Of a stretch of 24,000 nucleotides of DNA, positions 17,820 to 24,000 are shown piece after piece. The notes under the pieces were generated by a model. The model was not told the DNA's origin. It did no database searches and worked only from the letters and a program-made list of their open reading frames with translations. Each line of letters opens with the position of its first letter. Position 1 is the stretch's first letter. The stretch spans positions 15,347 through 39,346 of the forward strand of contig JAHITE010000036.1 in the NCBI GenBank assembly GCA_018817585.1. Direction: 5' to 3'. A program made the position numbers and the translations under genes. The stretch is from Candidatus Omnitrophota bacterium (GTDB taxonomy: Bacteria; Omnitrophota; Gorgyraeia; B26-G9).

Positions 17820-18104
17820 CTAAATAGCGCAGTTTTTTTCTTTTGTAATTTCATATGAGACTGAATGGCTCGGATATAAAGTCGAAACAAAAGTAACTTT
17901 CCACGTATAATGAGAATAATATTTATTTTTGAAATGACTTGTATATGCAACCTCACTAAGGATGTATTCTCCATGTGAAAGTTCTTCTTTAAAAAATTCA
18001 TTTTCTGCAATTTTTACTGCTTCTTGAATTGAAATCTCAGGAATTGGTAAGAAGCAACACCAGGAAGCAACACCAGAGCAACACCAGGGTCTGCAACACC
18101 AGGG
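17820..18104 (-). pseudogene. Start-less open frame (94 codons), possible gene remnant
   Basis: My translation: PWCCRPWCCSGVASWCCFLPIPEISIQEAVKIAENEFFKEELSHGEYILSEVAYTSHFKNKYYSHYTWKVTFVSTLYPSHSVSYEITKEKNCAI*. No in-frame ATG, GTG or TTG, so it is absent from the track. The first 18 codons are encoded by the tandem repeat. Confidence 0.4.
18054..18102. repeat. Four copies of the 10-mer core GCAACACCAG, spaced 13, 11 and 15 nt apart
   Basis: Cores at 18054, 18067, 18078 and 18093. Followed by the inverted pair GGTCTG (18088-18093) / CAGACC (18106-18111). Confidence 0.8.
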
Positions 18105-18141
18105 TCAGACCTCCACTTTAGAAGTTATCATTTTTACACAC

Positions 18142-18174
18142 AAAAAAAGCAATTCCCTTTGTTTAGAGATTGCT
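18142..18174 (-). terminator. Rho-independent terminator T1 (end of the four-gene operon)
   Basis: Minus strand AGCAATCTCTAAACAAAGGGAATTGCTTTTTTT: 6-bp stem plus 3 further pairs across a bulge, then a U7 tract. The 5' arm overlaps the last codons and stop of the 18163-18849 gene. Confidence 0.75.
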
Positions 18175-18849
18175 GGATTGTTTAATTTTGTTGTTTAACT
18201 GCGTAATTAAGATTAATTCTCCTTTTGCCAAAGCCAATAAATACCCGGAGATACTAGCTCGTACATCATCCAGTTTAATATCATATTGAGATAATCTCAT
18301 CCTATCGCATGTAATTAAAAGCTGTTTAGACATAATCTCAGGAGTTAGCTCTGTTATTTTCTTTTCGGTCATACCTGATAGCGGTACTAACAGAGGCTTC
18401 CCTAATATATGAAATTCATCTTTTCTGAAAGCGCTATAATTACTTGATGCGATATAAATTTTTTGTTCTTGTTCTTTTTCTGCAGAATTTTGAAAATATT
18501 CTTTAGTATCTGAAATATGGGGCAGATCATTGATTAAATGTTCTAATTGACTATACATGTCGGAACTATTATTTGTTTTTAAAAATATTCTAAAATACGC
18601 AGAGTGGATCTGATATTTAATTGATTCAATATTTTTATTTTTCGCAAGATATTTAGCAAAAGGAATAACCAACGTAATTTCAACTGTTTCAGGGTCATAT
18701 CCGCCTAATAGATAATCAGAAGTAAGTCCTATAATATTTCCTTCTAGCAAAAAGATTGAATCTTCCTTTTTCTGATTACACGATATCCCTATAAATACAC
18801 TGATAATAATCAGCCCTATCAATAAATATTTGCTAATATTTTTCTGCAT
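18163..18849 (-). CDS. Predicted lipoprotein, unknown function (operon gene 4)
   Basis: 228 aa. Signal peptide MQKNISKYLLIGLIIISVFIGISC with Cys after the h-region. AAGGAAAAA Shine-Dalgarno. No motif I recognise. Confidence 0.75.
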   Translation of the reverse strand: MQKNISKYLLIGLIIISVFIGISCNQKKEDSIFLLEGNIIGLTSDYLLGGYDPETVEITLVIPFAKYLAKNKNIESIKYQIHSAYFRIFLKTNNSSDMYSQLEHLINDLPHISDTKEYFQNSAEKEQEQKIYIASSNYSAFRKDEFHILGKPLLVPLSGMTEKKITELTPEIMSKQLLITCDRMRLSQYDIKLDDVRASISGYLLALAKGELILITQLNNKIKQSSNL

Positions 18850-18910
18850 TTTTTCCTTTTAGAATATTATTTGAACTCTTACCGCATCAAAATTTACCTA
18901 GTTATGCGTT

Positions 18911-19420
18911 TTATTGCTCAGTTAAGGGTAATAATGATGTTTCAATCCACCCTGTTCCATTATATGTATACGAGTGAGTATTGGTATCTACTCTAATACC
19001 TGGAAGTAATTCTGTGGAAAATCTAAACAAACCTTTGCCAACCTCTTGAAGCACCATCCGGCCTTTAATAACTTTAATCTTTCCTTCTCCCAACGGATTT
19101 GTGAAATTATAATTTCTCAAAAATAAACCGTCTTTTTCATCGGCATTAACTGCATCCTGGCCAAGATAGATGTTAAATCCAGCCTCTCCGATGCTTACTT
19201 GCCCGCCAACTTTCTTTTCTTTAGCCACCCAATGATCCTCACCAATACTTCTAAGCATCTGATCGACTACGCCTATGAGATTAGAATTATAAACAGTTTT
19301 AATGGAGTTATTTTCCTTAGGCGCAGCGGTTGATTCATCTTCCGCCAGCACGGTTGAAAAAGAGATAGTGAGAAACAATAAATTGACTATGACCAAAATC
19401 TTAAATAAAATTTTATGCAT
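18911..19420 (-). CDS. Predicted secreted protein, unknown function (operon gene 3)
   Basis: 169 aa. Type I signal peptide ...FSTVLA/EDE. AGGAGA Shine-Dalgarno. The sequence looks beta-rich, with no recognisable motif. Confidence 0.75.
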   Translation of the reverse strand: MHKILFKILVIVNLLFLTISFSTVLAEDESTAAPKENNSIKTVYNSNLIGVVDQMLRSIGEDHWVAKEKKVGGQVSIGEAGFNIYLGQDAVNADEKDGLFLRNYNFTNPLGEGKIKVIKGRMVLQEVGKGLFRFSTELLPGIRVDTNTHSYTYNGTGWIETSLLPLTEQ

Positions 19421-19459
19421 TCTATCTCCTTTTTCTTAATCCTTTTATATTTATCAGTA

Positions 19460-20218
19460 CTATTTTTCTGCTAATATCTCTTTTTCTGATTCCAGACGCA
19501 TTATCTCTTCATCAATTATATTTACCGCAATATCAGACAACATCGTCTCAGTTGGACCTACAGCACCAATAATCCCCCAAAGCGAAAAACCGGTCAAACG
19601 ATAATCAAGCTTCTTTTTGATATTACTCAATAGTTTATTAGTTTTTCCATCAGAAATATTTATATCATATGTCCAAGTATAAGACCCCATAACCGGAACA
19701 GGTAAAACTAATGACGGAACAGCCATAATCACATCCCAAATAATTTTAGGGATCATATTAGGACCCAAACTAGGAGGGTAAGTCCCATTAACAGTATATT
19801 CAGGCTCAATATCATCATATCTATACGGCCTTCCATGTTTACCTTCAACTTGATACTCAGAAGCAACATCAACTGACTCGTAGCCAATTTTTTTCATAGC
19901 AGCAGCCAAAGCCTTAGATTCTTTCCATGTTGACTCATATGAGAACTCTCCGCCTGAACCGCCGGATGCAATTGCTGCTTGAAGGCTATGATATTCTGTG
20001 CCATGATATCCTGTTTGAATCCGATATTCAGGTCCCCATTTTGTTATCTTTATTTTTACATTTTTCCTAGTATCTGATTTTAATTTATTTACCTTAATGT
20101 TTTTAATTAAATTTTCTCGTGAACCTCTAAGCACTAAAGTTCTTGTGGAACATCCAGTTGACGAACTCATTAAAATCAAACATATAAAAATAAAAAAACA
20201 TTTCTGCTTATTGCCCAT
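19460..20218 (-). CDS. Predicted lipoprotein with internal hydrophobic segments, unknown function (operon gene 2)
   Basis: 252 aa. MGNKQKCFFIFICLILMSSSTGC lipobox-like. Hydrophobic stretches IIWDVIMAVPSLVLPVPVMG and LTGFSLWGIIGAVG. AAGGAGAG Shine-Dalgarno. Confidence 0.75.
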   Translation of the reverse strand: MGNKQKCFFIFICLILMSSSTGCSTRTLVLRGSRENLIKNIKVNKLKSDTRKNVKIKITKWGPEYRIQTGYHGTEYHSLQAAIASGGSGGEFSYESTWKESKALAAAMKKIGYESVDVASEYQVEGKHGRPYRYDDIEPEYTVNGTYPPSLGPNMIPKIIWDVIMAVPSLVLPVPVMGSYTWTYDINISDGKTNKLLSNIKKKLDYRLTGFSLWGIIGAVGPTETMLSDIAVNIIDEEIMRLESEKEILAEK

Positions 20219-20233
20219 TATACTCTCCTTATA

Positions 20234-20827
20234 CTATTTTATTTTAGGACACAACCATAATAAAGCCGCAATCGCTCTATCTCTTTCTTCTTGGGTGAAA
20301 ACTGAGAATCCGAATCCGTTCTTATTTTTTTCATCCTGTGAATCCCATGGAACGCTAAGCGAAAAGTCCCAACAATCTCCATATAATACATATTTGGTAT
20401 TATTAATTCCAATACTCTCAACATTTTCCCACTTAAAGCTGGCATTAGTATCCGCCTCAGAAGTAGTCCAAGTTCGATAGACAACCTTTTTTAAATCAGA
20501 ATAAACTAGTTCCCGATGATTAGTACCATGCTTAAAAACACCTGCAACCCCAGTTTCACTTATCGAAAACTTTGGTTTATAATCAGAATTATTACAAGAA
20601 CTATTAGAAAAGTCTACCCTTTTTGCAAAAACTTCTTGAAAAACTTTTAAAGCCTGTTCTTTGTCCATTTGAGCAAATTGAGCTTGCGCGTCAGGATAAA
20701 GCTTATGATAAGAATTTTTTTTAATTGGCCTTACAGTAGAACAGCCACTAATTAATAATACGAAAATTATAATAATATATGATGAAATTATTCGATTAAT
20801 AGTCATTATTAGGAATTTTCCTTTCAT
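20234..20827 (-). CDS. Predicted lipoprotein, unknown function (operon gene 1)
   Basis: Lipobox LLISGC. Start is uncertain: TTG at 20851 (track), ATG at 20827 (MKGKFLIMTINR...), or ATG at 20806 (MTINR..., AAGGA about 12 nt upstream). Confidence 0.72.
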   Translation of the reverse strand: MKGKFLIMTINRIISSYIIIIFVLLISGCSTVRPIKKNSYHKLYPDAQAQFAQMDKEQALKVFQEVFAKRVDFSNSSCNNSDYKPKFSISETGVAGVFKHGTNHRELVYSDLKKVVYRTWTTSEADTNASFKWENVESIGINNTKYVLYGDCWDFSLSVPWDSQDEKNKNGFGFSVFTQEERDRAIAALLWLCPKIK

Positions 20828-20875
20828 TAATTTTAACGATAAAGTGTGCAAGTTGCGTAATCACGTCATTACAAC

Positions 20876-20905
20876 AAAAAAGCAATCCCCTATTTAGAGA
20901 TTGCT
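20876..20905 (-). terminator. Rho-independent terminator T2
   Basis: Minus strand AGCAATCTC-TAAATAG-GGGATTGCT-TTTTT: 9-bp stem including one G-U pair, 7-nt loop, then a U tract (6 T in total after the GC of the 3' arm). Lies between the small ORF/TA unit and the four-gene operon. Confidence 0.8.
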
Positions 20906-21017
20906 GGATTATTTAATCTATGTTTCATGCCCATTTCGACTTCTCTTTGTTGAGTTGACGTTTAGACTTGTATTTTTATATATAAATAATACTATTTTAC
21001 TCCACTTGCGTCAATAA

Positions 21018-21161
21018 TTAATACGTCTCTTGTACAATTGGTTTGAATTCTCTAGTATTTGTCAGCATATATCCTAAGCAGATTAAACCTAATATGCACA
21101 GGAGAATAATCGCGCATATAACTTTAATCTGTTTTCTTAGAAATACTCCAAATTGATTCAT
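21018..21161 (-). CDS. Unannotated 47-codon ORF, predicted single-pass membrane peptide
   Basis: My translation: MNQFGVFLRKQIKVICAIILLCILGLICLGYMLTNTREFKPIVQETY*. AAGGAA Shine-Dalgarno 9 nt upstream of the ATG. Below the 60-aa cutoff of the ORF track. Followed by terminator T2. Confidence 0.4.
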   Translation of the reverse strand: MNQFGVFLRKQIKVICAIILLCILGLICLGYMLTNTREFKPIVQETY

Positions 21162-21292
21162 TAATCTGTTCCTTGGTTTCAAGGGAAAATTAAAGCCAGC
21201 TATTTGTTTATTTTTTCTTCTAATTTATTAGATTAATAGGGGAAGCGACTATTTTTTTATGCTACCCAGTAAAACAAAACAATCAATCATTT

Positions 21293-21562
21293 TTATTCAT
21301 ATCTGGGTTTATCATAAACTTCTCTGCGATGTCCTATTTTTAATACTTCAATATTATTTTTTTCGATTTTATAAATAATGCGGTAATTTCCAACACGTAG
21401 TTTTCGGTATCCTTGAAGGCTTCGGCGGAGAGGCTCCCCATATTTAATCGGGTCAGCTAACAATTTGTTTTCAATCGCTTTTTTTATTCTATCTTTGATA
21501 TTTTTTGGGATACCCAAAATATCGTTTTTTACTTCAGGATGATAGATAATAGAATAATCCAT
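21293..21562 (-). CDS. Type II toxin, RelE/ParE family
   Basis: YRKLRVGNYRIIYKIEKNNIEVLKIGHRREVY is the typical RelE/ParE C-terminal pattern. I prefer the ATG at 21562 (TAATG overlap with the antitoxin stop) over the TTG at 21571. Confidence 0.88.
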   Translation of the reverse strand: MDYSIIYHPEVKNDILGIPKNIKDRIKKAIENKLLADPIKYGEPLRRSLQGYRKLRVGNYRIIYKIEKNNIEVLKIGHRREVYDKPRYE

Positions 21563-21789
21563 TATTTCCAAATATCCTTATGGGACAAAGCTTTTTTAGG
21601 GGAGAGTGTTTTATTCCTTTTTTCAGCTGCTTCCTGCCAATATATATCTTCACGAATTTCCAAAGCTTCCTTTATAAGGTCTCGGGAAAATAGAGAAAGT
21701 GAAATTCCTTGGCTTTGAGCTAATTTATTAAGAGTATTATATATTTCAGGATCAAGAACTACATTTATTCTAGGATTTTTAGTTGGCAT
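21562..21789 (-). CDS. Type II antitoxin, ribbon-helix-helix (CopG/RelB-like)
   Basis: 75 aa. PRINVVLDPEIYNTLNKLAQSQGISLSLFSRDLIKEAL fits a beta-alpha-alpha RHH. GGAGG Shine-Dalgarno 7 nt upstream. Coupled to the downstream toxin gene. Confidence 0.82.
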   Translation of the reverse strand: MPTKNPRINVVLDPEIYNTLNKLAQSQGISLSLFSRDLIKEALEIREDIYWQEAAEKRNKTLSPKKALSHKDIWK

Positions 21790-21807
21790 ATTTTTACCTC
21801 CACAATA

Positions 21808-21836
21808 AGTGTATCATATGTGATGAACCTTGTCAA
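21808..21836 (-). promoter_or_regulatory. Sigma-70-type promoter of the TA operon with an embedded imperfect palindrome
   Basis: Minus strand TTGACA-17 nt-TACACT, then GGAGG and ATG. The spacer contains ATCACATATGAT (5 of 6 palindromic pairs, plus-strand coordinates 21813-21824), a plausible RHH operator. Confidence 0.6.
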
Positions 21837-21884
21837 AGAAATTAAACGTCAACCGCTGCAAGTCTGTAATTACCTCATGAAAAC

Positions 21885-21917
21885 AAAAAAAGCAATCTCC
21901 TGTTGTTTAGATATTGC
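21885..21917 (-). terminator. Rho-independent terminator T3 (same family as T1 and T2)
   Basis: Minus strand GCAATATCTAAACAACAGGAGATTGCTTTTTTT: 5 bp, a mismatch, then 3 bp, followed by a U7 tract. About 230 nt downstream of the htpG stop. Confidence 0.65.
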
Positions 21918-21933
21918 ATCATTCGCCGCCAAA

Positions 21934-22092
21934 TCAGCCATCCTGCCTCAGTGGCGTACCGTCCTTCATCTCCGTTCCTAAACCAAAGAAAATTCTTGTC
22001 CATCTACGCTTTGTAGTGGAAAATCGCTTGGTTTCAAGGAGGAAAAAAGCCATTCTTGGCCAATTGTTAATAGTCGATAGTTTTACTATGAT
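21934..22092 (-). pseudogene. Possible second, frameshifted remnant of a RAYT-like transposase C-terminus
   Basis: One frame reads IIVKLSTINNWPRMAFFLLETKRFSTTKRRWTRIFF; the +1 frame continues WFRNGDEGRY. Compare KSITTN..NNWPPFNKRLWQRSFYDHIIRNDES in the 16786-17046 remnant. Weak similarity judged by eye only. Confidence 0.3.
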
Positions 22093-22149
22093 CTAGGAAT
22101 CCCTAAACACATAGAAAAATAAGGATTATCAGGAACAGTGAGGCTTTAT

Positions 22150-24000
22150 CTATTTTGTGGCCTCTTCCATTATTTCCATCATCCGCTTAACATATTCTGT
22201 CCTGGAGGAAAGCTCTCCATCGACAAGCTGGGCGCTTTCATAAAGCTGCACAATACATTTTTTCAGGAAATAATCCGAAGGACCGGCTAAATATTTGCGT
22301 GATAAATTTTTTATCACCGAATGGCCAATATTTACCTCCAATACCCTCTTTGCTGACGGCATATCCTGGCCCATCATCTTCATCATCCGCTCCAGCTGAG
22401 GATCAGCGGCATTCTTACCGCTGACAAGTGTAACCGCCGAATCAACCAAGCGTTTAGAAATTTTCACATCCTCAACCTTATCCTTTAAGGTCTCCCTAAA
22501 CAAACCTATTAGTGATTCAGAGAGCTTATCTTCTTTCTGTCCAGCATTATCAGCAGTATCGTTTATTTCAATATCTCCCTTATCAATGCTTTTGATCGGT
22601 TTTTTATCATACTCCGGGATGGACGGCATTATAAACACGTCAACCGGATCGAGCAAAAACAGCACCTCCACATTATTTTTCTTGAAATATTCCAGATTGG
22701 GATTGCGTTCGGCAAACTCCCGGTTATCCCCGGACAGATAATATATCTCTTTTTGGTTTTCCGGCATACGTTTGGTATAATCTTTTAAGGAGGACATTTC
22801 CCCTTCTTTTTGAGTAGAGGTTTCAAACCTGAGCAATTCGATCAGCTTCTCACGATTAGCAAAATCACTGTTTAGGCCCATTTTAAATAACGGCCCAAAT
22901 GACTTATAGAATTTTAAATATTTTTCAGTCTCTTTATCAGCCAGTTCCTGCAGCCACTTAATAATCCTGTTCGTAAGCACATCTTTGATCTTGCCCAGAA
23001 CCTGTGAAGATTGAATCATTTCCCGGGACACATTTAAAGGCAAATCGCTTGTGTCTACAACCCCGCGGATAAATTGCAGATATTCCGGCAGTAAATCCTT
23101 GCAATTGTCCATGATCATAATTTTATTGGAATACAGCTGGATAGTCTTATGCTGGTGCAGGCGCATTAAATCAAACTGCGCCTTTGACGGAATAAACAAC
23201 AGCGCCCGAAATTCAGCTCCAGCGCCTTCTATAGACAGATGCAGATATGACTGAGGATCCTCGTAATCATTGGTAATAAATTTATAAAATTCATTACGCT
23301 CCTGCGCTTTTACATCTTTTTCCCTCCTGCGCCACAAAGCCTCAACAGTATTGATCTTGTCCTTGCCCAGAAAAATAGAAAAGTCAGAAAAATTGGAGTA
23401 TTTCTTGATTATCTCCTTAACCCGAAATTCTTCCGCGAATTCATGGGCAGTTTCTTTTAACGTAAAACTTATTTTTGTCCCGCGCTCCTTTCTGTCAATT
23501 TCTTCAATACTATAACTAGCCTCTCCGGAAGAGACCCATCTGTATCCCTTAGAATCCTTATCCGCGTGACGGGTCTCAATCACAACCTGATCCGTAACCA
23601 TAAACACCGAATAAAACCCCACCCCAAACTTGCCAATAAGATCACCTGTCTGTTTCTTCTCTTCTTTCATCTTTTGCAGAAATTCCAGGGTTCCGGAACG
23701 CGCCACGATCCCAATATTTTCCGTTAAATCTTCTTTGTTCATGCCAATGCCGTTATCTTCGATAGAAAATGTTTTTTTCTTGGAATCAACCGTTATTTTA
23801 ACCGCCAGTTCCGTATCCTTATCCAGAATATTTTGATCTGTTAACATCCGGTATTTGACTTTATTTAACGCGTCGGACGCGTTAGACACTAATTCTCTTA
23901 GAAATATCTCCGGATGCGTATACAAAGAATGGATGATCAGATGAAGCAGCTGCTTCATTTCCGCCTTATATTCGAAAGTCTGAACATTATTTTTAACCAT
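22150..24000 (-). CDS. htpG: Molecular chaperone HtpG (Hsp90)
   Basis: 616 aa. KQLLHLIIHSLYTHPEIFLRELVSNASDAL (GHKL ATPase N-box), IGKFGVGFYS, LNVSREMIQ. The ATG is the last three bases of the window. Confidence 0.97.
   Translation of the reverse strand: MVKNNVQTFEYKAEMKQLLHLIIHSLYTHPEIFLRELVSNASDALNKVKYRMLTDQNILDKDTELAVKITVDSKKKTFSIEDNGIGMNKEDLTENIGIVARSGTLEFLQKMKEEKKQTGDLIGKFGVGFYSVFMVTDQVVIETRHADKDSKGYRWVSSGEASYSIEEIDRKERGTKISFTLKETAHEFAEEFRVKEIIKKYSNFSDFSIFLGKDKINTVEALWRRREKDVKAQERNEFYKFITNDYEDPQSYLHLSIEGAGAEFRALLFIPSKAQFDLMRLHQHKTIQLYSNKIMIMDNCKDLLPEYLQFIRGVVDTSDLPLNVSREMIQSSQVLGKIKDVLTNRIIKWLQELADKETEKYLKFYKSFGPLFKMGLNSDFANREKLIELLRFETSTQKEGEMSSLKDYTKRMPENQKEIYYLSGDNREFAERNPNLEYFKKNNVEVLFLLDPVDVFIMPSIPEYDKKPIKSIDKGDIEINDTADNAGQKEDKLSESLIGLFRETLKDKVEDVKISKRLVDSAVTLVSGKNAADPQLERMMKMMGQDMPSAKRVLEVNIGHSVIKNLSRKYLAGPSDYFLKKCIVQLYESAQLVDGELSSRTEYVKRMMEIMEEATK

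Noticed and set aside
17810-18010. 66-aa minus-strand ORF from the track (TTG start, MQKMNFLKKNFHMENTS...)
   Set aside because: The peptide is low-complexity and lysine/leucine-rich with a TTG start. The overlapping alternative frame gives a much more protein-like sequence, reported as the start-less ORF.
16771-18111. Tandem arrays considered as a CRISPR array
   Set aside because: The units are 7-13 nt and directly abutting, without spacers, and there are only four copies. No cas genes are present. This is not CRISPR architecture.
20097-20484. 127-aa plus-strand and 81-aa minus-strand ORFs overlapping operon genes 1 and 2
   Set aside because: These are shadow frames inside better-supported genes that have signal peptides and Shine-Dalgarno sites. 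They have no ribosome-binding sites of their own.
18142-21917. T1/T2/T3 hairpin repeats considered as integron attC sites separating gene cassettes
   Set aside because: The hairpins are short, are followed by U-tracts (classic intrinsic terminators) and lack RYYYAAC/GTTRRRY core sites. No intI integrase or attI is visible in the window.
21914-22096. 60-aa plus-strand ORF (TTG start) downstream of htpG
   Set aside because: It is antisense to all other genes, has a TTG start and no Shine-Dalgarno. The region is better explained as a decayed minus-strand remnant or 3' UTR.
21918-22149. SRP RNA, 6S RNA or tmRNA downstream of htpG
   Set aside because: There is no SRP domain IV motif (GGAA tetraloop with AGCA bulges). 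There is also no tmRNA tRNA-like ends or tag ORF, and no evident 6S central bubble. None of these can be supported by eye.

Overview
All supportable features in this AT-rich bacterial window lie on the minus strand. No database search was possible; calls rest on motifs I read myself. About 1-16.6 kb is a housekeeping block: dnaE (3' end beyond the window edge, absent from the ORF track), guaA, a HIT protein, a YfcE-like phosphoesterase translationally coupled to a large ATPase_2/DUF234-like ATPase, an NlpD-like LysM-M23 lipoprotein, tRNA-Gly(CCC), thiC, a ThiE-N-terminal-like protein, hldC, gmhA, an AmaP-like protein, Asp23, accC, accB, efp, pepP and aroQ. htpG closes the window (22150-24000). 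Between aroQ and htpG (about 16.6-22.1 kb) lies an apparently accessory island. It holds a truncated IS200/RAYT-type Y1 transposase remnant, an orphan transglutaminase-like (BTLCP-like) cysteine peptidase and a start-less ORF fused to a tandem repeat. It also holds a tight four-gene operon of three predicted lipoproteins plus one signal-peptide protein with no domain I recognise. That operon is bracketed by about 45-nt direct repeats that contain a rho-independent terminator. The island ends with an unannotated 47-codon membrane ORF, a RelE/ParE-RHH toxin-antitoxin pair with a clear promoter, and a probable second decayed RAYT remnant. The best candidates for something undescribed are the orphan lipoprotein operon and the ATPase-phosphoesterase pair. 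Unexplained sequence structure includes four arrays of exactly four short tandem units, two of which sit across stop codons. There is also a perfect 26-bp-arm palindrome and a 24-nt motif present twice. No CRISPR or rRNA was seen, and no TPP riboswitch was recognisable upstream of thiC.
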